DNA from: Pseudogymnoascus verrucosus
Lineage: Eukaryota
Length of the DNA stretch: 64,000 nt
NCBI GenBank assembly: GCA_001662655.1
Contig: KV460219.1
Strand: one strand, 5' to 3'
A program made the translations under genes and the position numbers. Below the pieces are notes generated by a model. The model saw only the letters and a list, made by a program, of their open reading frames with translations, was not told where the DNA came from and searched no databases. Below, piece by piece: positions 50,536-63,496 of this stretch. How positions within the stretch are numbered: the stretch's first letter is position 1; each line of letters begins with the position of its first letter.

Positions 50536-50800
50536 TGCGAATGGGGACAGGTGCGACTGAGCATAAGTGCCGATGAAGGCAAATGCGAACGAGGGCAACT
50601 GCGACTGAGGACAAGTGCCAGTGAAGGCAAGCGCGACTGAGGGAAGGTGCGAGTGAGGGCAGGTGCGAATGAAGGCGGTTGCGAGGGAGGGAAGGTGCCA
50701 GTGACGGAAGGTGCGACTGAGGGCGGGTGAGGCAGGTGCGACTGAGAACAAACGCGGATGATGGCAACTGCGAATGAAGGCACGTGCGAGTGAGACCATG
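50536..50800. repeat. 16-bp-period degenerate minisatellite, about 16 units (consensus near TGCGAnTGAGGGCArG)
   Basis: Successive 16-mers: TGCGAATGGGGACAGG, TGCGACTGAGCATAAG, TGCCGATGAAGGCAAA, TGCGAACGAGGGCAAC, TGCGACTGAGGACAAG and so on, with one 9-bp partial unit. Confidence 0.85.
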
Positions 50801-50903
50801 CATGAAAAACTGTCGCTGAGAGTTTGAGGGTAGCTTCCATAACTTATTAATTAAGCGGGCCCCTTTAACCACCTATGAAGTGTCACCCCCCTCTGTGTGC
50901 ACT

Positions 50904-52890
50904 TCAGACCTTTGCTACCTGTACCCGGACCTTAGGTTTTAGTGCAACAAATGCATCTTCGACGTCGAATCCGTCCTGTAACTCCTTTTCGGGATTGGTG
51001 AATGACAGTTTGAGCTGGTATACGAGGAGGGCTAGCGTTAGGCTCATTTCCATGTATGCCATGCTAGAATCACCTTGTTAGTGGATGCAAATATAAGGGG
51101 AAATTGGAGGAATCTCGTCTTGAAGTTGTTACGGACACAGAGTTCCTATTAGAGGGGTAAGAGGATCTTACTTTCTGCCTAAGCATGCTCTGGGACCAAG
51201 AGAGAAGGGGGAGAATGCAGTCTTGTTGCATTTGAGGGCCGAGTCCTGGAGCCAGCGCTCTGGTTGGAAAGTCTTGGGGTTATCGAAGTATTTGGAGTTG
51301 AGATGGAGAGAGATGTTGCAGACTCCAATTTCGGTCTAAAGATACAAATGAGTCGTTAGCATCATATATTAGAGAGAGCGAAACGATGTGAGAGTCGCAG
51401 GGGTGTTTTGTTATGAGAGTTTAGCCTTGACTTACCCCTGGAGGGAAAACGTGGTCCCCAATCACTAAATTTCCTGGGCTCCGATCCACGACCACTCGTG
51501 GAATCAAACCGGGACTTGGAGGACAAATCCGCAGACCTTCCTCAATGACAGCATGTAAATATGGAAGACTCTGGAGGCTCTGATACTTAATGTCTTCAAC
51601 GGAGCTATATGTCCCACAGACTTCACTGGTCAACTTCTGCATAGTTTCCGGGTTTGCCAGGAGATGCCAGATAATCACCGTCAACGCAGTTGAGGTTGTA
51701 TCAGAACCTGCCACACTATAATTCTGTTAGTTAAAATTCCAAGGCTGGCGAAGAGATTGGTGGATCACAGTTAATACTGGGAGAGGATGGACATACAGGA
51801 GGAGAATCGCTTCGCCCATCAACTCGCGCTGATCATACGGCTTTCCAGTTTCCGGTTGTTTCGCGTGGAGAAGGTTGGAAAAGATGTCGCCGCCTCTCTC
51901 ACCACCTTCGTCTCCTCTCTGTATGCGTTCCATCATTGCTCCAATCGCTTTCTGTGTTGTTTGACACCAATTAATATCACTGAACATGGCTAAGCCGATC
52001 GGATGGAGGGGGGTATTGTGACTGATGTATAAACATACCTGATAGACGTATTTCCGTTTTACTACATCTTCCTTCGAGTGAATATAATCCCAGATGCCTT
52101 TTGGCCATCTGTGCATAGTTCCCTCCTTAAAATCATTTAGTTGTGTGAATCGCGGCCAAAAGCGGGAAAAACTTACCTTAAGAACCATCTGAACAGATTT
52201 CTCCATGCCTTCAAGAATAAGATCCCGTTCCTTCTCATTGTTCAAGGTATCAAAACATTTCCCAAAGCACAAATCAGACAGAATATCCATAGAGAGCGCG
52301 CCAAGCATCGCATCAAGGTCCACTTGTCCCGCAGCCGCAATATTCCTACAGAACGTTTCGATATGGAGGCGGATCAAAGGCTACATAGCTTCAAGCTTGC
52401 GAGGGGCAAAGGCTGGCGAGAGAATCTGTTTCTTTTGTCGGTACTCCTTGTCATTGGTTGTGAAACTACTCGGAAAACCAGGGGCGAAAGCATTGTAGAA
52501 TCCGGATTTGAGGACTGGCGCTTTTGCTGAATAGATAGCACTGAGCGCCTCTGTTGTATTCGCAGACACTACATTTGGTTCAATTCGAACGTACGGCCCT
52601 TTGTACCTGTTAGCTATATATTCGGAAGCCCACTAGACTTGAAAAAGGAGGAGAGGGTAGAAACCGTATTTGTCGTGGAGCTCCGCTAGCTTTCGGTGTC
52701 GTCTTCCGCCCCAGCAATGGTATAAGTGCCATAAGGTGGTGAATTTTGCTAATTGTGGGCCTGGGATATTTCGTAAAGGGTGAAATAGTATTAACCAGAC
52801 AGCCCGAGCAGCTATCAGAGCAAGGAGAGCATATGCCGCCGTTAGTGGTGAAACTATGCGCCGGGCTTCGTTTAATATGGCCGAATTCAT
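50904..52890 (-). pseudogene. Cytochrome P450 with a single in-frame TAG (about codon 148); otherwise intact multi-exon structure
   Basis: Motifs IPGP, KYGPYVRI, AGSDTT, EEGLR (ExxR), PERW and FSLGPRACLG. The reading frame runs RKLEAM*PLIRLHI, with the TAG at 52383-52381. Confidence 0.85.
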
Positions 52891-53633
52891 TGCTTGGAGA
52901 TAAAAATATTGATACTGGTGAGAGTATCCCCAGTCCTTTGATATAGATTGATAGCCAGATAATGGAGGAATGACGCCGCTTATTAACAAACGGTGCTGTT
53001 GAATACAGTGGTATTAATACTTTCAGTGGAATATTATCATGTTGGGTTTAGACAACATATAATAGCTATACAGTAGTGGGTACATACGGAGTTCGCACTT
53101 TAACCGCCCGGTGACCGTCAAAACACTCGATCGCCGGCGCGGATATCTACCAAATTAGCTCGAAGAAGTGCGGGATCCGTGTCCGGGGATTGATTCTGGG
53201 GATATAAGAGTTTAGTAGCGTTTCTGAAATCGTTAAATAGGACGCTTTCGCAAGAAATGGTTATTGTTTTGATATACGAGATATGCACTATGGCCAACTT
53301 TTACGCAAATCATACACAAAACAACAAGTTTTACTCGTTTTTAAATACATTGCGGTTGGAGATGGAAAACCAAAATTGGAACGCAAAAGGCGGGCCATAA
53401 ATTTACATGAATATGATATTAGAGGTGATAGAAGCTAGTCTCTACCCTTCTCGCTTTCATATATTGTGTTACAATACTAGGATAGCCATTGAAAGGCCAA
53501 TTAATCCATAGAGTCCACATTAGTTTCCTTTCCGTGAGCTTCCCTTATGCCTCATAATATTACCCCCCAGAACAACTTGTTATTTGTAATAACTAAGAAT
53601 ATTTTATAGGTTGGACTTAAGCGCAAATCCTGG

Positions 53634-54221
53634 TTACAACTTCGATGCTGTGGAGCGGACAATCGCAGTCTCCGACCCCCACAGGGCCTTGATCGCTGCT
53701 GTCTCCTCATCATCCTCCACCTCAGCCACCCATCCCATCAACATCATCCCCTGCATCTCCAACACTTCAAGATCCTCCCCATACGCAAACCCCGCCTCCT
53801 CAAGCTCCGCCCCGGTCATCTCCCTCCACCTCTGTGTCGTCCTACGGCTGCTAACACGGACAAAGAAATCGGGAAGATTCCTATCAAGTCGGTCGTTGGG
53901 GTTGCGGATGATACTGCCGCTATATTTGATGAAATTGTAAAAGAGATGGGCCGCCTGGGCGCATGGGACAGTGAGAAAGTTTGACATTCTCCCACCTGCA
54001 AGAAAGTGATGGCGATTGATCCCATCGAGGAGAGCCGCGTCCAGAATTGGGTTGGCTATGGTGTGGGTGAAGGGGCCCACACGCTCAGCAGCAGTGATAG
54101 TGGGTGAGTTTGATCTTCCACCAGTGCTAACAATTTTGGTGATGGCCCAGTCGATTATGTACCTCCATGTGGTGTTCTTGGACGCAGCGGCTGTGGCCTG
54201 GTAGGCGGTTGGGATAGGCAT
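53634..54221 (-). CDS. Hypothetical protein (about 195 aa)
   Basis: Open frame from MPIPTAYQ with coding-like composition and an acidic C-terminus. No recognised motif. Confidence 0.5.
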   Translation of the reverse strand: MPIPTAYQATAAASKNTTWRYIIDWAITKIVSTGGRSNSPTITAAERVGPFTHTIANPILDAALLDGINRHHFLAGGRMSNFLTVPCAQAAHLFYNFIKYSGSIIRNPNDRLDRNLPDFFVRVSSRRTTQRWREMTGAELEEAGFAYGEDLEVLEMQGMMLMGWVAEVEDDEETAAIKALWGSETAIVRSTASKL

Positions 54222-55131
54222 TTTTGCGGACCGGGTAACGGGCAGCTTTCTGCAGTGAGGATACACGGCTATTGGGGCCAACGCAAGGACCAGGTTTGTA
54301 TTGTTTTTACTTTGGCGATCTTGATACCGTATCAGTCCTTACAGTATGCGAACTCTGGCACGACCAGAAGGCGAGGCGCGGTTGTCGCTCAGTGTATATG
54401 ATATTGGACGAGAATGCAAAGGTAAAGAAAACAGACACTGGAGGTGAGAACGGCTTCATTTTGTGGGCGGTGATTTCCAAAGTGACTGAGCTATCTCTGT
54501 CAGCTCACCACAGCAGCCGGAGATGTCAGTAAGGGTTTCATAGAGTCAGCACCATTTCGCGGTTATTATTTGAGAGCTAGAGGGTGCTAATTGGCACCGG
54601 TAGAGGCACAATGATAATTAGACCGTTTAGTGTGAAGCTAAATGTCGAACCAGGGGAAAGTGGTCTTGTCGTTCCACGCCAATAGCTTCGTCAGCGCGCT
54701 CACTGAGTTCATCGGGTTATCATTTTTGCTTTGAACACAACTGTTCGACGCCCTTTAGATGTGTAGCACGTGTATTTTGAGCCCCAAAGAACAAGTTATG
54801 CCACAGAGTGTCCTAGATGATGATTTGTGCCTGCCAGGTTCTGGGTTGCACCTGCCGCCGCTTGATTTAGAGTTTTGGGGAAAGGGCGCGGACTTTGGGC
54901 TAGCGGATTGACGTCAAACTTTAGCTATTAATTAGCTCCTTGGACATAACAGCTGCTGCGAGTAGGACGTAATTATTGGGTAACTGTGCTGATATAATAT
55001 TGGGTAACAGTCTCGCCCACAAAATGGTATTTAACTTCTGATATATGTGATAGATTCAGACAAAGTCCAAGTTGGAACGCTGTAGGTGAATATGAAAGGC
55101 CGTTAGTGAATTGAAATGAAACATATACCTC

Positions 55132-57175
55132 TCAGTCCTGCGCGGCTGACCCAGCAATACCCATCTCCCCACTCGCATCTCTACTTGCAACCTCTTTCGA
55201 CACCTTTCTCAGCGGCCTATACACCGGCTCCCACATCTGCACTCGAATCCACTCATCAAGCTCCCCCTCATCCTCCGGAATGCCCTCCTGCGTCGCCAAC
55301 CCCTCCTCAACCGCCTGCCTCACCACCGCTTTCGCAATCTGAACGCTAACCTCCCTCACATCCTCCACATCCGGTAGCAGCGGACGTGCGGGGTCTTTCA
55401 GCGCAGGAGATTGCGCGCTGAGTGCCTTCACGGCTGCCACAAGCATCTTATCGCTCAGCAGGCGCGCACGGCTGAGCACGGCACCTAGTCCGATGCCGGG
55501 GAAGACAAGCGCGTTGTTGCACTCTGCCACATCGCGAGTGGTGCCGTTGTGCGTCACAGGAGGGAAGGGCGAGCCAGTCGCCAAGAGGACTTTGCCATCG
55601 GTCCAAGAGTTGAGGTCGGCGGGGTTGGCTTCATGGAGGGACGTAGGGTTGGAGAGGGGGAAGATGATGGGGCGTGACACATGGGAGGCCATTTCTTTAA
55701 CGATCTCTTCGGTGAAGCTACCGGGTTTTGTGGAGGTGCCGATGAGGACGTGGGGCTTCACGGTCTTGATTACGGAGAGGAGGTCAATGTCTTTGTCGCC
55801 ATCCCATTCTGAGTCGTCGCGCGCGTAGGGATTTTGCGCGGGGTTGAGCTTGTCACCGTGGCGCTTTAAAAGGAGGCCTGGTTTATCCACGCACCTGCCT
55901 TAGTCAGTATCTCAGCACATGTTATATGAGGATATTGGTTACTTACCATATATGCTTGGCGGCTTCTTCTTTGGATTTTCCGCTCTCAGTTGCAATGGCA
56001 TCTCGGATTTGGTCAGCGACACCCGTTCCTGCGGTTCCGGCACCAAAAATTACAACTTTCACATCTTCTAAGTTGGTCTTTGAGACGTGTAATCCTGCCA
56101 TAATGGCAGCCAAGGTGACGCAGCCGGTGCCTTGCACATCGTCATTGAAACAAGCCATTGTCGGGCGGTACTTGTCTAATATTCTCCGTGCTACGTTGAA
56201 TTAGCCTCTATCCGTTCGCGGCTGAACTGATGGGTTGCACGGGGGGTTTTCACATCTTCCTCAATATAAACATGGCCTTGATAGGCAAACGAGAAATTAC
56301 TAACCATTTGGCAAGCCAAAATCTTCAAAATGTATGTATGCTTTCGGATAGAGCTTCCTCGCAGATTGAACGAAGGTCTCAATAAAATCCTCATACTTCT
56401 CGCCCCTGACCCTGGGGTGTTTCAACCCGAGGTATAAGTCATTATTGCGAAGCTTCTCGTTATCAGTTCCGCAGTCCAGTCCCACAGCCAATGTGCGGTT
56501 TGCATGGATACCCGCACAGAGCGTAGTTAGAACCAGCTTGGCGATAGAGATCAGAATCCCCCCTGTGCCTTGGTCACCAATACCAAGGATCTCTTCGCCG
56601 TCGGTAACGACAATGTAGTCAATGTCTTGTGGCTCGCCCCATTGTGCGAGATCGTGGTAGACACGGTCGATATCACCGATATTGAGGAAACAACCTTCAG
56701 GACGGCGAAAGATGCGGGAGAAATTCTGGATTGCCTTGCCTTCAGTGGGAGTGTAAATTATTGGATACATTTCTTTGATGTGATCTTGAATGAGCTTGAG
56801 AATGTTAGATTTGCTTCGTAGGAGATATCATGTGATTCTAATGTGTTGTGACATTATGGAACCAAGACATACCCGATAGAAAAGCACCTCATTCTGGTCT
56901 CTCATACTCGTCATAAACGTATTCTTTGCCAAGTCGTCGTGCTGCTCGGAATACTGCTCATACGCTCTCTGTACCTGCTGCTCCAATGTTTGCACATTAT
57001 GCGGCAATAGGCCAGTGAGGTTAAATTCCACACGTTCTTCAGCCGAAAAGGCAGAGCCCTTGTTGAAATAGGGAGTGTTGAGAAGAGCTGCTCCACTAAC
57101 AGCACAGTCTTGAGGGCCGGAGGTGGTAAGAGGGAGGTGGGAGAACTTGGAAGAATGGTCCTTAGATAGAGGCAT
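55132..57175 (-). CDS. Malic enzyme (NAD(P)-dependent malate dehydrogenase, decarboxylating)
   Basis: Motifs NKGSAF...GLLP, PIIYTPTEG, VTDGEEILGIGDQG, HFEDFG, FNDDVQGTG, GAGTAG, PLSNPT and ECNNALVFPGIG. Three introns. Confidence 0.96.
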
Positions 57176-58154
57176 GGTGGAGTATAGGGCAGTCGGTGAG
57201 ATTGAAGGATAGCGACAGACGGATGTTCGAGCTCGGGATACTATATAAGCCTTGCTGAGAGGATGATATGGTATCTTTGTCGACAACATTACTATGTCAG
57301 ATAGTTGTTGTTGTTGTCGAGCACGAATACAAGAAAGCTACATGCATAGGGTATGACGTTGTTCCCTTATCAAGGGTCCAAGTCAGGAACGTGGAGCCCT
57401 GTCATGTCAGCAATTCACACACCAAGGAGAGCACATGCTCCATAGCAAATAAGAACTGCATATGCGAAAACAAAAGCTGTATTATATATTATATATTTTG
57501 TTACTGAAGTATGTAGGTCACAAGGAGCCACTCTCTTGTAGGAAGCTCGCGAGGAGTAAGAGAATGGACTATGAAGGTCCTTTTCGTTATAGCAGCAATT
57601 CCCTCTATGGAGGGCCGATCCGAAGACCAGCCCCCTTTTCAGTCCCCAAATGAACCCGACACAAGACGTGAACAAGAACACTGGGTCTTCCGGAGAAGAT
57701 CTCATTTGTTTGCTTTCGAGAAGCTAAGTGACTGATCAAGGCGCTGCATCACACTGTGTGACTTTATGGCTAAGGTATTGAGACGTGTTAGTAGACATAG
57801 CAAACCTGTATCAATGTAAGACTTTGTAGTCCACATATATCCACATATCCGTCTATAAAGAACAGACTTTGCCTTTTTAAATGTGTATTGGACTCTCAAT
57901 CACAGAGTTTGACGCGTCTGAATATTTCTGATCATATACAAAACGATACCAAGCCGAAAAATTGAACACTTTTAACCGCGGTCCACGCTAATTAGTCATC
58001 CGCGCTAGTCAAAGTGGTTGTGAACGGACCGTCCTCGTTCGCCATCATTCGCCTCGCGCCAATCCTTCCATCCAACGATATCGACTCTGTCGCTCTTCAA
58101 ATCTTCTAAAGCTACATCTCCTCCAGATCAGTTTCATATACACCAATAGAAGAC

Positions 58155-59777
58155 ATGGTTGGAAAGAAGAAGCGCGGTCATCCCGACCTGGAGGAAGTCC
58201 TTGGACGACCATGGTGCTATTACTGTAAGATTTCCCCATTCCAAACATTTTCGTTTCCATTCAGTCACTGACCGCGACATAGGTGAGCGCGACTTTGACG
58301 ATCTTAAGATTCTGATTTCGCATCAGAAAGCTAAGCATTTCAAGTGTGAGCGATGTGGAAGAAGATTGAATACCGCGGGAGGTAAGTGACTCTAACCCTC
58401 CTACTTTGTGGAATCGCGTTTTAATAGTTGACAGGCCTGTCCGTTCACATGAACCAGGTTCACAAGGAAACCCTGGCCAGCGTCGACAATGCGCTCGGCA
58501 ATCGTGCGTCTCTTGATGTCGAAATCTTCGGAATGGAGGGCATCCCAGAAGAAGTTGTCCAAGCACACAACCAAAGGATCATCACCCAGTTTTATCAAGC
58601 CGAGGCGGATCGACGCACCGCGACTGGAAACCATGGTCCGGGCGGGGGAGCTGGAGGACCATCGAAGAAACCAAAGTTTGAGTCGCCTGGCGATCTCAAG
58701 AAGCGACTGGCCGAACATAAAGCACGATTGGCTGAACAGAATACTCCAGGTGGAAGCAGCGGCGACAATACCCCTGGCGCGGGAGTTCCGAATAGCCAGA
58801 GTCCAGCACCAGCAGTTCAGAGCAATTCTCCATACGCTACCCCGCAGGCGCCATATGCCGCTCCTCCAGGCGCATCGTACGGATCTTTCCCACAAGAACA
58901 ATATGCACAGCCGGGCCAAGCCTACCCACAGCCGTACGGACAACCTGCATATCCTCCACCCGTCTCCCAATATCCTCCGCAGCAGCCACAATATGCAGCA
59001 GCTCCCGCGTATGCACCACCCCAGAGTTATTCTCCAGGACCATTCGGACAACCACCACAGGCTAGCTTTGGAGCCCCACCACCTTCCTTCGGGGCTGGCG
59101 CACCCCCAGGATTTAATCCCTACCAACCACCACCCCATGGAAGTCCCCAGATCAGTTCATTGCCTGCTCGACCGGGGAGTTTACCTCAGGCGCCCGGTTT
59201 GCCTCAGAGGCCGTCCTTTGGCACGTCGCCAACTCCACCGTACCCAATGCAACACCAAGCACCCCCTCCGCCGCAAGGTAGCTGGGGGCCAAACGGGTGG
59301 AATGGGGCAGATCACCAAAATCCAGCTATGTCTTCAGCATACCCTCCTCCTCACCAAGGCTATAATGATAGTTATGCCGCTAACGGAGCTGTTGGCAATA
59401 ATGGAGCTCCAGGAGCTGCTAGAGAACCAGATGACATTGACGAGTTAATCAGAATGGCAGAGGCTGGCATCAAACCGCCGAAGAAGGGAGAGTCGCCTTC
59501 TACTTCCGTTTCAGCTCCAGCACCCAATGCTGCCCAGCCTCAACCAGCCGACCGGGCAGCGGCTCCTCCAGCAGCAGCAACACCAGAAGCCGGCGAAAAG
59601 AAAACGAAGAAGGATAAGGACAAGGGCTCGAAAATGGTCTATTCAGATAACGAGGTTAGTCCCGAGGAGAAGATGGCAAAGCTGTCCAGGTACGCATTCG
59701 CTCCAGAACCGAAGAATGACACAGCACTTGTCGACGACACCGAGATGCCTGCGGTTGCTGGCACTGTCGATGAATAG
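58155..59777 (+). CDS. ZNF207/BuGZ-like C2H2 zinc-finger protein with Pro/Gln-rich low-complexity region
   Basis: Spliced product reads MVGKKKR...[51 protein letters not shown]...[10 protein letters not shown], with a C-terminal SPEEKMA motif. Confidence 0.9.
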
Positions 59778-62560
59778 ACATGTCATCCCAGCATTCTCGG
59801 CATTACAATATAATTCACGACTGTCGGCCATGGATACACGCTTCGACTCGTGCTGTTACAATACCAAAATCATCGCAATACCCACACCACACCGATACGA
59901 ACACAAAGGTGAAGCCCACAAATCTGCAGCTGAGTACTAATTTGGTTCGTCACCCCACCTGTCGGTTTCCTGGATTTTGGGGTGGGACTGTACACGGTGA
60001 CCTTTTTTGTTCTGGCGCTACTCTAGACACTGAAAATTCGCTTTTTATTCGCGTGGCGTATTCGCGTCGGCGGTTCCGTGGGCGGCGGCGGCAGAGAGAG
60101 GTGGGTGTCTCACATGGCGGCATCTGGTGAGTGAGCCTTTTTTGTCACCCGTGTAGGCGTCATCTGGGAGGGAGTTATTGGGAGGAATTACGCGGAGTTG
60201 GTGGGCTGGGAGCTCGCCCTTGGGGTGTATTACTGGCAGATTTGTAAGTACTAAAAGGTTGGCGATCTCAATAATATCATGCAATCCGTGTTGTCCTTGC
60301 TCCCGTGCTGCGTCGTATGAGTCGTGTAGGAATCCAGTGCTTCACACCGAGGCCAGCCAGAAACAATATTTGCCGGTTAGACCGGTCTAGATTTATTAGT
60401 ATGTTATTTGAAAGATGTTGATCATGCCCGGAACGGATGGAGGGGTCGAGCCGTAGGATCATAGAGAGTAACATGTTGAGACTGAGCGCTTACGCCGGCG
60501 ATCTCTTCCGCTGTAGCCTTCTGAGAAGCGCACTCGCAAGGTAACACAGAGATGTGCCGTCCTAATTAATTGTCGATCCCCCAATTGTTTCGTCGACATG
60601 ATTTGTGATATGCAGTAAACTACAGTCTCAAGGCAATACCTGTGCCAACATCGGTTCAGTGTCACATCCATTGTGCTCTACAAGGGAGAAGGCCAAGGCT
60701 AAAAAGCATGCACTTATCACCTCGAGGTGGTTGCACCATGGAAGCAAGGGACCGACCATCGGCAAAAGTTGCAACAACCAACAAAGTAGTAAATCCTTAT
60801 GTGCCGGATATAATGAGCATGTCTCAGAAAGTGACATTGGGGACAGAAGCGAAAGAATTATGTCTGCATGTTTCTAATACATCCACGCGGACGGGTCAAC
60901 ACATAGAGGTAGTCGCAGCCGCGGGTCGGTTGCGAGAGGTGAATGCGCTGGCTTCCCAATCCAGCGACTGTGGCCGTCGTCGTGGCTTGAACTACCGAAC
61001 ATCAAACGCCGCCAGCCGGAAAGGGGGTGCATTGAATCCAGCCGTGCGTTGCGCGGGAGCTGCGTGAACGAGACGGCATGGCGTTGTGCTCGGATGATTT
61101 CCCAGTTTTTTCCTCACTTCAATCGGGATGCATGTCAGCAAAAGCCTCACACAGTAAGCACCTGAACACGAATCCCAAGCAATGCAGTCCCAACATCGCT
61201 CCCAACACATACTGCACCGCACTGCATCTGGAACCACCCACACCATGCATCTCGCAGGGTGAAAATTGCCCACCCGCATGCCCCGGGCCACGCTACCGGT
61301 CCCCCCGCCAAGCCGCGGACGCACGGCACGCACAACGGTGTCTCACAAGAAGCAGGCGTGGTGCTTCCGTCGGCGTACCGACACGCGCTGTGTCACCACC
61401 CGAAGGGGCCGGATTCGTCGTGTTTGTGTGAGGTTTCGGGTAGGACGGGGGGAGGGGTGGTGCCGAATGGTTTAAGGGGGTGCCGATATTGGCCGGCTGA
61501 GCAGGATGAGGACGAGGAATGAGAGACGACTTTTATAGCAGGGTTGGGTACGGCACAATTATTGGCCCTATACTGGTAAAATCGCAAGTATTCAGCTCTT
61601 CGGGTCAAGTATGTGCAGCGCCTAGGGCGTGGAATATGTGGGTATATGGTGCGTGTTGATGGAATTTTGATGCAGGTGTGCTGTCGTGACATACAGGTCC
61701 GATGCAGCATTGGGTCAGCGTTCGACAGGTTCTCTGGCACACACCTCCTCGAAGCCCCAGAAATCATTCCCAACACCGTGGTTCCATTTCGAGTCATAAT
61801 CAGCACCAGCTGAAATGTATGCACTATACCGCTCCCTGAACAAATCCCGAGCCTTATCTTGGCTGCTTCCCGCCGCGACCCTGGCTGTCTCTGTCAACTC
61901 CAAGATCCTACAGCCTTTTTCCACGTCGGTTCCAGGGGACCCATACCCCCATGTAACCGAGCACACCCACCAAGCACACCCTTCGCATGGAACCCGCGCT
62001 ACAGCCCGCTTGCTGCGGACGAGTTTCCCAAATACAACATTCCTGCACCGTTGCCGGGAGAGCTCCCCGCCGTCGCACAGCATCTCGCATGCACTTCGCG
62101 CAAACCGCGGTGCAAGGCGGTCATATTGCAGCCCAAGAGGAGACATTATTTGCGCGCGGGTTGCCTCAATCAGGCTTCTGGCCACCATGCACGGAATCGC
62201 GCGTCGATCCCCATCGAGGACCAGACTGGCGGATCCAGTGTGTCCCAGCCTTCCGGTCTGTGGGTGGGGAGAGCGCTAGGTATAAGACTCGGGACCATCC
62301 CACGTTGATGGTAGCAATGAAAGAGGTAGCTGCTATCCCAATTCGTATTGCCATTTAGAACTACCCAAACAATTATTCATCATTAGAAAGATTCCCAAGC
62401 AAGGCTAGTCGTCTTATTCTGGATACCTGACGCACGGCGTGTTCCCGTCCACACCTCTTCCCGCATACCACGTATATATCATATCTCTGCCAACCCCTTG
62501 CGTCAACAGCGCCCCCTTCTCAGTTCTTCAGTGATAAGAAACCCACCGCCCTAGCCAGAG

Positions 62561-63496
62561 ATGGACGACGATGAGAGCGTGTCCACGCCGTCCACAACAC
62601 CCGCAACATCGCCATCCACAACATCTCCGTCTCTATCCACGCCTCGGTCACCACCAATGTCCGGGACGAAAGTGAGGCTGTTTGACGGCAACAACTACAA
62701 CAGTAGCCGAGAGAGAAAGAGGCCATCTGTTTTTCAAGGTGATGGACTCGCTGCCTTCATAGATATCTACTGCAGCCCGGATGCGTCCAGGAGCCCAGGA
62801 ACACCCGAGTACCTGGCACCCCAGTCGCCGATGGAGAGATACTATCAGGAGGAGGAAGTGCCTTGGCAACTGAGTGGGACGATGGATGGCACTGTCGCTG
62901 GGGAGCCTAGAGAGGAGAGAGAAGAGTAAGTTTAACCTCTTGGACGTTTCAACCTGTACTAAACAAGTCAGCAGCGAACGCGAAAGGCGGTTAAGCAACG
63001 TCGTCGAAGATGCGCTAAAGGTCTTCAGCGGCACAAATGAAGCTTCAGCACAACCTCCAAATTCGAAATCACCGGCTACAATCGAGGTGGTAGTAAACCA
63101 CGGCAAGAATACCATTCCCACAAGCGAGATGCAGGAGAGGTGGGTGCAACCCCCGTCCACTGCGTTGCCGACCCGTCGTCTCGTATCCCAGTGGGAGAGG
63201 AACGTATTGATTGACCGCCAAACAATAGCCTCCTCCACGACCTGATGGTGCCGAGTCAGGTTGAGCGTAAGAAGAAAATGTTCACGAAGGGAGCCGTGTA
63301 TTCGCATATTCGGCAACGAAAATCTGCGAGGAAAGAAGACGGTGCGATAGTTGTTGAGGACGCGCGTGGGGTGGAGAGGGGCAAGAAGAGGAGGGGGAAG
63401 GGGAACTCGGTGGCGTCGGATCGGAGTGGATATGATAGCTCTCAACGCTTGAGGAGTTTCTCTGTGAGTGATGAGGAAGAGAAGAGAGTAAGATGA
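62561..63496 (+). CDS. Hypothetical low-complexity protein (three exons)
   Basis: ORFs 62561-, 62874- and 63245- join in frame through GT-AG introns at about 62926-62971 and 63140-63228. Confidence 0.55.

Noticed and set aside
50536..50800. CRISPR-like array
   Set aside because: There are no unique spacers, the units are contiguous 16-mers, the context is eukaryotic and no cas genes are present.
1174..52890. UAG reassignment (alternative genetic code) to explain the two in-frame UAGs
   Set aside because: Several intact genes here end in TAG at their natural C-termini (ankyrin gene, sugar porter, tauD, ALDH, PTR2), so UAG is a normal stop.
60000..62500. Many overlapping 60-157 aa ORFs
   Set aside because: GC-rich intergenic DNA with no motifs or coherent gene structure.
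63243..63247. TGATG stop-start overlap suggesting translational coupling
   Set aside because: Explained by a GT-AG intron at about 63140-63228 that joins the frames.
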